DNA of 32,000 nucleotides from Candidatus Velamenicoccus archaeovorus (GTDB taxonomy: Bacteria; Omnitrophota; Gorgyraeia; Velamenicoccales; Velamenicoccaceae): assembly GCF_004102945.1 (NCBI RefSeq), contig NZ_CP019384.1, positions 1,620,001 through 1,652,000 of the forward strand, written 5' to 3'. How positions within the stretch are numbered: the first letter of the stretch is position 1; each line of letters begins with the position of its first letter. The notes under the pieces were generated by a model. The model saw only the letters and a list, made by a program, of their open reading frames with translations, did no database searches and was not told where the DNA came from. A program made the translations under genes and the position numbers. This document shows, piece by piece, positions 21,093-29,691 of this stretch.

Positions 21093-22306
21093 ATCTTGAA
21101 GAAAGAAACGTGCGTCTTTTTTTTCAACCGCGCATGCGCAGGCGCCGCAAAAAAACAATCCGCGCCTGCGACGTGATAGATATCCGCGCTCCCATGGAAC
21201 GTCAGAGGCATAAGGCCGGTTCCCCTGTTTTGACGGCGCAGGCGTGCCGGCAGAAACGACAGGCGCTCGCTCTCATTATACACATCTTTCAGCAAAACAC
21301 CCTGCAAGAAGGAAGACTTGCCCTCACCCCCCTGAAGGTATTCTATCACCGGTTTGACAAACAACATGAATGTCACGAGGCTCGCTATGGGGTTGCCGGG
21401 GAGGCCAAAAACCAGTTGACGGCCCCGGCGGCCGAACCACAAAGGCTTGCCCGGCCGAATCAGGACTTTATGGAAAAGACGGGTCACGCCGTTCTTGGCC
21501 AACATCCGCGGCACATAGTCCTTTGCGCCTGCCGAGACGCCTCCAGTCACGATGAGAATGTCATGCTTCAGCCCCTGACGGACCTTCTTGTCCAAAAGGG
21601 CCACACGATCAGGGGCGTGTCCCAGATGTTCACACAAGGCGCCCATGCGCGACAAACTGGAGAAGATCATGGGTGTTGTCGCATCATAGACCTGGCCGCG
21701 GCGCGCGCACCGTCCGGCTGGAACGACCTCATCACCCGTCGTCAACAAAGCGACACGCGCAGGCGCAAAGACCTCGACACAGCCGTATCCCAGGGACCCC
21801 AGAAGGGCGATGCGCGACGGATTCAACAACGTTGCGCGCCGCAAGAGAAGCGTCCCTTTCCTGTAATCGCGGCCGCGGGGATAAACGTCCTTCCCCCGAC
21901 ACACGCGGCGCACCACCCGCAGGCGGCCGTCCGACAAAACCTGCGCATCTTCTTTTTTGATGACGGCATCTGCGCCCGGAGGCATCACGGCGCCCGTGGC
22001 GATGGCAGCGCTTTCGCCGGCGCCGATCCTGCGGCCAAAGACCCGACCCGCAGGAACAAACCCGACGACCCGCAGGACGACCGGCGCATCCGCCGTGTCC
22101 CGGCTGCGCACGGCAAAGCCGTCCATGACAGCCCTGTCAAAAGCAGGAGCGTCCGTCGGAGCCATGACATCGCGGCTCAAAAATCTTCCTTCGGCTTTAA
22201 CAAGTTCAAGACAGGAGGTTTTACGTCGAGGCAGATGGCGGAAAACAATCTTGCGCGCGGTCGTGAATGAAATCATGATAGGACGCATCCCGGCGAGGCG
22301 GATCAC
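21089..22306 (-). CDS. moeA: Molybdopterin molybdenumtransferase
   Basis: 405 aa. FDRAVMDGFAVRS, ILIVTGGVSAGAKDYV and IRPGKPLWFG are typical MoeA blocks. The start is uncertain: GTG 22306 overlaps the upstream stop, or ATG 22276. Confidence 0.9.
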   Translation of the reverse strand: MIRLAGMRPIMISFTTARKIVFRHLPRRKTSCLELVKAEGRFLSRDVMAPTDAPAFDRAVMDGFAVRSRDTADAPVVLRVVGFVPAGRVFGRRIGAGESAAIATGAVMPPGADAVIKKEDAQVLSDGRLRVVRRVCRGKDVYPRGRDYRKGTLLLRRATLLNPSRIALLGSLGYGCVEVFAPARVALLTTGDEVVPAGRCARRGQVYDATTPMIFSSLSRMGALCEHLGHAPDRVALLDKKVRQGLKHDILIVTGGVSAGAKDYVPRMLAKNGVTRLFHKVLIRPGKPLWFGRRGRQLVFGLPGNPIASLVTFMLFVKPVIEYLQGGEGKSSFLQGVLLKDVYNESERLSFLPARLRRQNRGTGLMPLTFHGSADIYHVAGADCFFAAPAHARLKKKTHVSFFKI

Positions 22307-22800
22307 TCCCGGCTCGTTTCTTGTTCCTCAAGCCAGGAGAGGACGAGCTCTTTGATGTTCTTGACGATGTCCTCCTTGGCCTTTTCCAGTTCCGGCGTCA
22401 TCTCAAGGCCGTAGGAAGCGTCCTTTACCTGGATGCCGGCCACATGGATATCCGTCGCCAGGCCGAGGACATTGTAGATTTCCAGGAGATCGGCCAGTGA
22501 TATTTCATGCGAAGAAATCTTGCTTTGGCTGGCATAGACCTGTGCTTCTTCCAGACGAAAGATCTTAATGGTGGCAGGGGCAAATCCGGCATCCATGGCA
22601 TCGATCAACAAGACCTTGCGAAATTCGCCCAAGAAATTGACCAGACCGAAGCTTGCGATCCCGAAGTTCAGAAAAGAAATGCCGCTGCTTTTGAGCTCAT
22701 TCTCGAGCTCGGCAAGGAGATGGATCCCGATGCCGTCATCCCGGCGCAGGGTATTGCCAAGGCCGATGACGGCGATATTACGAGACGAATCTAACATCAA
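22303..22800 (-). CDS. [NiFe] hydrogenase maturation endopeptidase (HyaD/HycI family)
   Basis: 165 aa. IAVIGLGNTLRRDDGIGIHL and LIDAMD motifs. It lies directly after the large-subunit gene. Confidence 0.88.
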   Translation of the reverse strand: MMLDSSRNIAVIGLGNTLRRDDGIGIHLLAELENELKSSGISFLNFGIASFGLVNFLGEFRKVLLIDAMDAGFAPATIKIFRLEEAQVYASQSKISSHEISLADLLEIYNVLGLATDIHVAGIQVKDASYGLEMTPELEKAKEDIVKNIKELVLSWLEEQETSRE

Positions 22801-24166
22801 GCAAGTGCGTCGAACAGGAAATGCAGGGGTCGTAGGCCCTGGCCAGCATTTCCAGCGTCAGGCGCATCTCCTCTTCGCCTTGAATGCCGACGATTTCCGG
22901 AACGATTTTTCTCATGTCGGCCTCAAGATTATTGATGTTCTGGTTTGTGGGGATAATGCAGTTGGCGGCCGCCACGACGCCGTGGTCGTCGACCGTATAA
23001 TCGTGGAAAAGAATGCCGCGCGGCACTTCGACCGCCCCCACACCGCGACCGGCGCGCGTCTTGATCGGCCATTGGTCTTTTTTCGGATACATCGTCACCA
23101 AGACCTTTTCCTCGTCGATGCCGTTCTTGATCAATCTCTCGAGGATGGAGATGGAATCCTCCAGACAATAACCCCATTCAACGACTTGGGCCACAGTATT
23201 CATGAAGGTATTGGCGCACGGACGCTTCAAACCCAAGTAAGAAGCGACCTCTTTTGATTTCTTGTCCAGTTTGTCGCCGTTAAGATTGAAGCGCGCCAAG
23301 GCGCCCACCATATAGGGCGCCTTGTTGACCGTCACGAATTTCGCAGAAGAATAATCGCGTACCTCTTCCTTGATCACCGACAGGTAATCCTGAGGGTCGA
23401 CGAGCTTTTCGCCGTTGACATTGATCTTTCCGTCATAAAATGCGTATTCTTTCTCATGCGACAGCGCCACATACTGCCCTTTGCGCTCGAAGGACGGCAG
23501 CGCCAGCTTCTTGAAGAGCTCGACCGTTTCGGCGTAATCGGCGCGCGCCTCCACCATCATCTCCCGCAGCTTCTGTAAATGGGCCTTCTCGGGGATCTTC
23601 GTCAAGCCGCCGATGGCAAAAGAGATTGGATGGGTGTGACGTCCGGCCAGGATCTCTCCGGCCCAATCGGAAAGCTTTTTCATGCGGAAGGCCCGCTCAA
23701 TGACAGGCCTGTGGGTCTTCACCAGGGGCATGATGCTCTTGACGCCCAGGAGGTCCGGCGCAACAAGGACATAGGCGTGCAGGACGTGACTGTCCATCTG
23801 TTCGGTATGCAGGAGGAGCTTACGCAAAAGGAGCGTATCCTCGTGGGGCACGATACCGAGCGCTTTTTCCGAGGCCTTGATCGACGTCAGGCTGTGGCCG
23901 CAGGCGCAGATGCCGCAGATGCGACTTGTCAAATGCTGGGCCTCGTAGATCAACCGGCCGCGCAACATCGTCTCAAAGAATCTGGCCGACTCGATGACCT
24001 TGAATTTGCACTCCTTAAGCTCACCGGAGCGGACATCCACCGTGATATCGCCATGGCCTTCGACGCGCGTCAGATAGTGAACGTCGATCTTGACGTCCTT
24101 TGCCCCCCCGCTATGGGAAGCGCGGCGGGCCGTCCTTTCTGGATCAGGATTTGAACTCTTTGTCAT
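22778..24166 (-). CDS. [NiFe] hydrogenase large (alpha) subunit, group 3b-like
   Basis: 462 aa. N-terminal RICGICACGHS (RxCGxCxxxH) and C-terminal DPCISCSTH followed by an 8-aa tail (LLDVRFVS) for endopeptidase cleavage. Confidence 0.92.
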   Translation of the reverse strand: MTKSSNPDPERTARRASHSGGAKDVKIDVHYLTRVEGHGDITVDVRSGELKECKFKVIESARFFETMLRGRLIYEAQHLTSRICGICACGHSLTSIKASEKALGIVPHEDTLLLRKLLLHTEQMDSHVLHAYVLVAPDLLGVKSIMPLVKTHRPVIERAFRMKKLSDWAGEILAGRHTHPISFAIGGLTKIPEKAHLQKLREMMVEARADYAETVELFKKLALPSFERKGQYVALSHEKEYAFYDGKINVNGEKLVDPQDYLSVIKEEVRDYSSAKFVTVNKAPYMVGALARFNLNGDKLDKKSKEVASYLGLKRPCANTFMNTVAQVVEWGYCLEDSISILERLIKNGIDEEKVLVTMYPKKDQWPIKTRAGRGVGAVEVPRGILFHDYTVDDHGVVAAANCIIPTNQNINNLEADMRKIVPEIVGIQGEEEMRLTLEMLARAYDPCISCSTHLLDVRFVS

Positions 24167-24914
24167 ATTTGGCCCTCTCCTTCTGGGCGTTGCAGTAGAG
24201 CGTAAATTTATCCAGGATCCCTTCGACCGTCAGGCCGTATTTCTCCAGGATGTCTTTCTGGGCGTTGGCGGCCGGATTATCGATCAAACCGCGACAGCCG
24301 ACGCATGGAACACCGTTATTCGGCAACCACGAGTTGCAGCCCGCGCGCGTGATCGGCCCCAGACAAAACTGGCCTTTGTCATACAGGCAGACATTCTCGT
24401 TCTGCCTGCATTCAACACACACGGGATATGTCGGAACCTTGTAGGGTTTGCCCATGAGCACGCATTGCATCACCTTAACGAACTCCGGGCCGTGAATAGG
24501 GCAACCGTGGACATAATAATCCACTTTAACGACGGCATCGATCGGCTTGGCGGCAACGGCGTCCTTGACGGGATCGACGTCTCCGTAAACGATTTTTTTC
24601 TGCTCTTCGAGGGATTTAAGGTTCTTAAGATTATTGACCCCGCCTGTTGCCGCGCAGGCGCCGAGCGCCACGATGACCTTGGCCTTGGCGGCGATCGCCT
24701 TGAGCCTCTCTTCGTCATGCTTGGAGGCGATGCTCCCTTCGACGACGAGGACATCATACTCCTGCCCTTCCTCGCTCATGATTTCGCGGAAATTCACGAT
24801 ATCAACGGCCTTCGTCAACTCCAGAAGGTCGGCGCCGAGATTAGCCACCTGCAGCTGGCATCCTTCGCAATCCGTAAACTCAAAAAAAGCGACTTTGGGC
24901 TTCGCTTTAGACAT
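24144..24914 (-). CDS. [NiFe] hydrogenase small (delta) subunit, group 3-type
   Basis: VAFFEFTDCEGCQ...GACAATGG...HGCP... plus a C-terminal Cys cluster. The start is taken at MSKAKPKV (ATG 24914) with GAGGGGGA upstream. Confidence 0.88.
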   Translation of the reverse strand: MSKAKPKVAFFEFTDCEGCQLQVANLGADLLELTKAVDIVNFREIMSEEGQEYDVLVVEGSIASKHDEERLKAIAAKAKVIVALGACAATGGVNNLKNLKSLEEQKKIVYGDVDPVKDAVAAKPIDAVVKVDYYVHGCPIHGPEFVKVMQCVLMGKPYKVPTYPVCVECRQNENVCLYDKGQFCLGPITRAGCNSWLPNNGVPCVGCRGLIDNPAANAQKDILEKYGLTVEGILDKFTLYCNAQKERAKYDKEFKS

Positions 24915-25779
24915 GGCATTCCCCCTCGTGGCACTCCCCTTCCATCTGCCGCAGCTCATCATAGGTAAAGACCGGGCCGCTCTGGCAGACATAGACGCCG
25001 CGGATCTGGCAGTGGCCGCATTTACCCAGCCCGCACTTCATCTTGCGCTCCAGCGAAACGATGATCTGATGTCCCGGGATCTCTTTCTTCAACAATTCGA
25101 CGATGACGAATTTATACATGATCGGCGGCCCGACGACAACGGCATAGGTCTTTTTCGGCTCGATAGAGGCGCCGGGGATGAGACTCGTGATCAAGCCGAC
25201 GTTGCCTTTCCAGTCCGGGTCGGCGCGGTCCACCGTGCAGTTGAATTTGATGTCCGCCCGTTTCTGCCAGGCTTCGACTTCCTCGCCGAAAAGCATGTCC
25301 TTGGGCGTCTTGCAGCCCAAAAGGATCTGCACGTCGCCGAAATCCTTGCGCTGGTCGAGGATGTAATGGATAAGGGAACGCAACGGGACGATCCCCAGGC
25401 CTCCCGCTACGATCAGGATATCGTTGCCCCGCATCGCATCGAGAGGAAACCCTTTGCCGAACGGCCCGCGGATCCCCAGGACGCTGCCTGTCTCCAGCTT
25501 ATGCATGGCGGTCGTGAGCCCCCCGACGCGGCGGACCGTCAAATCGAAATACCCTTTTTCCGTCGGCGATGAGCAGACGGAAATCGGAGCCTCCCCCACG
25601 CCAAAAAGGGAAACCTGCACAAACTGCCCTGGAACATGTTCCAGGTCTTTTTTACCGTCAAGCTCGATACGAAACAGCTTCTCAAACTCCGTGTATTTGT
25701 TGGTCTTGACGATCTTCGCCTTGACCGGCTTGTACGGAGAGGTCTTGAGAAGCTCCTGATAAGACAATTCTGTTTTCAT
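24907..25779 (-). CDS. Hydrogenase gamma subunit (FAD/NAD(P)-binding oxidoreductase with C-terminal 2Fe-2S; AsrB-like)
   Basis: 290 aa. GQFVQVSLFGVGEAPIS, ILIVAGGLGIVPL and C-terminal CGLGKCGHCQ. Confidence 0.88.
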   Translation of the reverse strand: MKTELSYQELLKTSPYKPVKAKIVKTNKYTEFEKLFRIELDGKKDLEHVPGQFVQVSLFGVGEAPISVCSSPTEKGYFDLTVRRVGGLTTAMHKLETGSVLGIRGPFGKGFPLDAMRGNDILIVAGGLGIVPLRSLIHYILDQRKDFGDVQILLGCKTPKDMLFGEEVEAWQKRADIKFNCTVDRADPDWKGNVGLITSLIPGASIEPKKTYAVVVGPPIMYKFVIVELLKKEIPGHQIIVSLERKMKCGLGKCGHCQIRGVYVCQSGPVFTYDELRQMEGECHEGECHV

Positions 25780-25785
25780 ACCCTA

Positions 25786-25946
25786 CTCCTTAATTCCGCC
25801 TCTGGCAGAATTAACTCCACGTGTATCTTGAGAATTTATGGCTGCCCGCCTGAGCTCTGTGAAGGCTGGTCGCAGACATAAATTGTCAAGATGCTTACAC
25901 GAGGAGTAACGTTACCTTCCTTTAACCTTTCCGCCTCTGGCAGAAT
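25786..25946 (-). repeat. Structured intergenic element, family 2, copy 2 (occupies the beta-gamma intercistronic gap)
   Basis: It aligns end to end with 4895..5054. It starts 13 nt after the beta-subunit stop and ends in AAGGAG 6 nt before the gamma-subunit ATG. Confidence 0.85.
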
Positions 25947-25959
25947 GAGAAGTAAATTG

Positions 25960-26991
25960 CTATGCCTTATTATCCAAGAGGGCATTCACCGTTTCCACCA
26001 GGCTGATCTTGGCCATGCAGGTGCGCGTGCAGCGGCCGCAACCCGTGCAAAAATACTTGTTGTATTTTGTCACAGGGTATTTGAATTTCCGGTAATATCT
26101 GTGGCGCTGGCGGCCGTCCCGTCCGGGACGAAAATCCTCTCCTGTGGCGACTTTGGCAAAATCGTCCATCTGGCAATAGCTCCACGTCCGCGTCCGCACG
26201 CCGTCATTCAGGTTCATCTCCATCTCGTCGGCGATGTCGAAACAGTAACAGGTCGGGCAGACGGCCGTGCAGTTGGTGCAGCCGACGCACCGCCGGCCCA
26301 CGTCCTGCCACACAGGGCTGAAGAATCCGTCGTCAAAGGCCCTCTCGACGGACTTGATATCCTTGCTGAATTCGTTATGAAATTTTTTCAGTTTCTCGTC
26401 CTGGGCTTTTTTCAGCCGGGCCCTGTCCGTCGCGTTCATCTCGCGGATATAGCTCTTGCCGACCGCAAGCTTTTCACCCTTCTCGGAATTAATGTGCATC
26501 GCATAAGATCCGTCCAAGTCCGTCAGCATGATATCATAGCCGCCGCGGGGCACATGGTTGCCGACAGCCGCACAGGACGCATGGCTATCGCAATAGTCCA
26601 TGCACTCGATACCGATAACCGTCGTCTTTTCCTTACGGTTCAGGTAATTCGGATCGGCCGGATTGTCATTGAAGACGACGTCCAGACACTGGATACCCGC
26701 GATATCGCAGGTATGGACGGCAAAAAGGATGTACTCCTCGAACTCCTTAATGGCCTTGTCCGTCTTGTAAGGATCGATGCTGAACTTCAACAGGGCCTCT
26801 TTCTGGGGAAAGTAATATTTCTTGGGGGGCAGGATCGTCGGGATATAGACGAGGGACATCTCTTCGAACTCATCGATGGGGCGGAAGACATACTGGTGTT
26901 CTTTTTTCCTGGGTCCAAAGATCTTGCCGTGGCGTTTTAACGAGTCGAACCACCGCGGCATGTCTTTCTTGGCTATGATCGCATATTTCAT
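25960..26991 (-). CDS. Hydrogenase beta subunit (4Fe-4S ferredoxin-type; AsrA-like)
   Basis: CVGCTNCTAVCPTCYCF and CTGCGRCTRTC clusters. The start is taken at MKYAIIAKKD (ATG 26991) with GGGGGT 6 nt upstream. Confidence 0.88.
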   Translation of the reverse strand: MKYAIIAKKDMPRWFDSLKRHGKIFGPRKKEHQYVFRPIDEFEEMSLVYIPTILPPKKYYFPQKEALLKFSIDPYKTDKAIKEFEEYILFAVHTCDIAGIQCLDVVFNDNPADPNYLNRKEKTTVIGIECMDYCDSHASCAAVGNHVPRGGYDIMLTDLDGSYAMHINSEKGEKLAVGKSYIREMNATDRARLKKAQDEKLKKFHNEFSKDIKSVERAFDDGFFSPVWQDVGRRCVGCTNCTAVCPTCYCFDIADEMEMNLNDGVRTRTWSYCQMDDFAKVATGEDFRPGRDGRQRHRYYRKFKYPVTKYNKYFCTGCGRCTRTCMAKISLVETVNALLDNKA

Positions 26992-27024
26992 ACATTTACC
27001 CCCACAGGACATTGTCAGTCAACT

Positions 27025-27279
27025 TCAATTCTTGTCTTTGAACGTGACGCTCACGAGCCTGGCCTCCGGCCCCGTCATGACCTTCTTGATCTCGAGACGC
27101 ACGTCCTGCCAAGGCGTCCCCCCGACCGCTTCCTGGAAATGCTCCCGGAAATGCCCTTCGTCCCAGCCACCGAACGCCGACATCTCGACGGTAATCGCTT
27201 CAATCCGGCGGCCGGCGTGGTCTTCTTGGACCCGGCGAACCGCCTCAAGCATATTCTTGATCAAACCCGTCTCATGCAT
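27025..27279 (-). CDS. hypA: HypA-like nickel metallochaperone lacking the zinc-finger insert
   Basis: 84 aa. The N-terminal MHE nickel motif and the HypA core pattern (MHETGLIKNMLEAVRRV...IEAITVEMSAFGG...GT...RLEI) are present, but there are no CxxC...CxxC pairs at all. Confidence 0.7.
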   Translation of the reverse strand: MHETGLIKNMLEAVRRVQEDHAGRRIEAITVEMSAFGGWDEGHFREHFQEAVGGTPWQDVRLEIKKVMTGPEARLVSVTFKDKN

Positions 27280-27282
27280 GGC

Positions 27283-28284
27283 TCAACAGATCCGCGGAAG
27301 GGCTTCCGCAACCGGCATCCCCAAAATCCGGGATCCCCCGGCCGCTGTCTTAAGATAAACCTTGCCTTTTCGCTCAGACAAGACGTCGCCGATAACCGAA
27401 GCCCTGCGACAGGACGGAACCGATCTCAAAATCCTTAAGGCGCGATGCGCGTCTTTTGCACCGATAAAAAAGAGCATCTTGCCTTCGTTGGCGATATCCA
27501 ACGGCTCCAGGCCTAATATTTCGCAGAAAGATTTACAGGAAGCAGTGACGGGGATGTCGCGTTCCGCCAGAACCAGAGAAAAACCGCTCGACTGGGCCAT
27601 CTCATTGGCTACTGCAGAGACACCGCCGCGTGTCGGATCCCGCATAAAACGGACATCCACATGTTCTTGAAGTAACAATTTTACAATAGGCCATAAGGAT
27701 TTGCAATCGCTTTTTAGGCTCTCCCGGCCTTCAAACCCCTGGCGGGCCGCCAGGACACTCACACCATGCTGCGCTACCGGCCCGTTGATCAGGATCTTGT
27801 CTCCGGGACGTATCATGCCTGCTTCCAAAGTTTTATGCACCAGACCGATCCCTGTCGTATTAATAAAAAGCTTGTCGGCCTTGCCGCGGGGCACGACTTT
27901 CGTGTCCCCCGTGATAATCAACACTCGTTGCTGTCCGGCTTCCTGCGCCATGGAGGAGACAACAGACTCCAGGACATCGAAAGGCAATCCTTCCTCGATC
28001 ACGAAAGAAACCGAAAGATATCTGGGCTCGGCGGCGCAGGACGCCAGGTCGTTGACAGTCCCGCAGACAGCCAGCTTGCCGATATCTCCTCCGGGAAAAA
28101 TGATCGGATCAACGACGAAAGAATCCGTCGTCATCGCGTAGCGGCCCCCGCGAAGCTCAACGACAGACGCGTCGTCGAGCTTCCTTAAATAGACATTATC
28201 AAAAGCAGACGCAAAGATCTCGCGGATGAGTTTTTGCGTCAGCGCACCGCCGGAACCGTGGGAAAGGGAGATATATTCTTTCAT
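27283..28284 (-). CDS. hypE: Hydrogenase maturation protein HypE
   Basis: SLSHGSGG near the N-terminus, AIR-synthase-like body, C-terminal PRIC. The start at ATG 28284 forms an ATGA overlap with the hypD stop. Confidence 0.92.
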   Translation of the reverse strand: MKEYISLSHGSGGALTQKLIREIFASAFDNVYLRKLDDASVVELRGGRYAMTTDSFVVDPIIFPGGDIGKLAVCGTVNDLASCAAEPRYLSVSFVIEEGLPFDVLESVVSSMAQEAGQQRVLIITGDTKVVPRGKADKLFINTTGIGLVHKTLEAGMIRPGDKILINGPVAQHGVSVLAARQGFEGRESLKSDCKSLWPIVKLLLQEHVDVRFMRDPTRGGVSAVANEMAQSSGFSLVLAERDIPVTASCKSFCEILGLEPLDIANEGKMLFFIGAKDAHRALRILRSVPSCRRASVIGDVLSERKGKVYLKTAAGGSRILGMPVAEALPRIC

Positions 28285-29366
28285 CGCGTCTCGAAAAACG
28301 CCCTGCAGGTACCCTCTCGTGAAACCATGCAGGGGCCGAGGGGCTTCTGAGGGATACATTGTTTGCCGAAATAACGGCATGCCGATGGCTCGATCTTACC
28401 TGTCAGCACCCCGGCACACCGGCAGCCGTTGTCTAGCCGACATTCATCCTCTTGCCTCAGGCTGAAAGTGCGCCGCGCATCGAGGGAATCATAGGGTTTG
28501 CGCAAGAACAAGCCGCTTCCGGGAATTACGCCCAGGCCGCGCCACAGGCTGTCTTTTGACACAAAAACTTCTTTTAACAACGACACTGCCTTCGGATTGC
28601 CCCCTTCTCTCACCACCCGGCCATAACCGTTCCTCAGGACCGCTTTGCGATGGCGGGCGGCGTCGACGATCGTCAATATCGCCGAAAGAATATCCAGCGG
28701 CTCAAAACCGGTGACCACGGCAGGCAGCCGCAGGGAACGCATCGCCCGCCGGTAACCCTGCACACCGATCACGACGCTGACATGGCCCGGCAGGAGAAAG
28801 CCGTCGAGACAAAGCTCCTTATCTCTCCCAAGGCTCAAGAGGGCCGGCGGAATTGTCTTGTGCGCAGAATAAATCTTCAAATTTTTGATCCTTTCCCGAC
28901 GGGCCCTCTGGGCCAGAATAGCGGTCGCCGGGGCCGTTGTCTCAAAGCCGACGGCCAGAAAAACGACCGTTCTGCCTTCCGATTCCCTGGCGATCTCCAA
29001 AACTTCCAGAGCGGAATTCACGGCGCGAACATCTGCCCCTTTCGCCTTAAGGTCCTGAAGAGACATGCCGTCGGCAGGAACGCGCAACATGTCGGGATAA
29101 GTCGCGATCGTCACGTTTTTATCTGCAGCCATCCGGAATGCATTCCGCAGATAAGCGTCGCTGGTCACGCATACGGGACAGCCCGGTCCGGAAATCAGCC
29201 GGATACGGCTGGAAAGCATGGCAGGGATGCCAAAACGCCTGATGGCGGCCGTGTGCGTACCGCAAACTTCCATGATCCTGTAGGATCGGTCGGCGGCAGC
29301 GGCGTTGATCTGGCGCGCCATAGCCAGACAAGCTTCAGCCCCCCTGAAATCATCGACATATTTCAT
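28281..29366 (-). CDS. hypD: Hydrogenase maturation protein HypD
   Basis: 361 aa. MEVCGTHT and GPGCPVCVT motifs, plus a C-terminal Cys cluster. Confidence 0.93.
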   Translation of the reverse strand: MKYVDDFRGAEACLAMARQINAAAADRSYRIMEVCGTHTAAIRRFGIPAMLSSRIRLISGPGCPVCVTSDAYLRNAFRMAADKNVTIATYPDMLRVPADGMSLQDLKAKGADVRAVNSALEVLEIARESEGRTVVFLAVGFETTAPATAILAQRARRERIKNLKIYSAHKTIPPALLSLGRDKELCLDGFLLPGHVSVVIGVQGYRRAMRSLRLPAVVTGFEPLDILSAILTIVDAARHRKAVLRNGYGRVVREGGNPKAVSLLKEVFVSKDSLWRGLGVIPGSGLFLRKPYDSLDARRTFSLRQEDECRLDNGCRCAGVLTGKIEPSACRYFGKQCIPQKPLGPCMVSREGTCRAFFETR

Positions 29367-29596
29367 GGCTCTTCTTTTCTGCCTTTGCGCGCGACATCGC
29401 GGTAAAGCTTAAGCGTATCCCTGGCCTTCAAGGGATCGAGTCTCTCGATCGCCAATCCCGCATGCACAAGGACATAATCGCCTTTCTTTAAAGACGGCAA
29501 AAGCTGGATATTCACGTGCGCCTTCAGGGAGCCAGCGCTCACAAGCGCCTCCGTCTTGCCGATCGTCTCGATCTTCATGGGAACAGCCAGACACAT
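29363..29596 (-). CDS. hypC: Hydrogenase maturation protein HypC
   Basis: 77 aa starting MCLAVPMKI (essential Cys2). ATGA overlap with hypD. Confidence 0.92.
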   Translation of the reverse strand: MCLAVPMKIETIGKTEALVSAGSLKAHVNIQLLPSLKKGDYVLVHAGLAIERLDPLKARDTLKLYRDVARKGRKEEP

Positions 29597-29691
29597 ATCA
29601 CGGACTCGCTTTCTGGTACATGTTAAAAATCACCGCTAACCAAACGTGCGACTATTTGGAAATTTGAATTTGGTTATTGGTCATTGCATGG

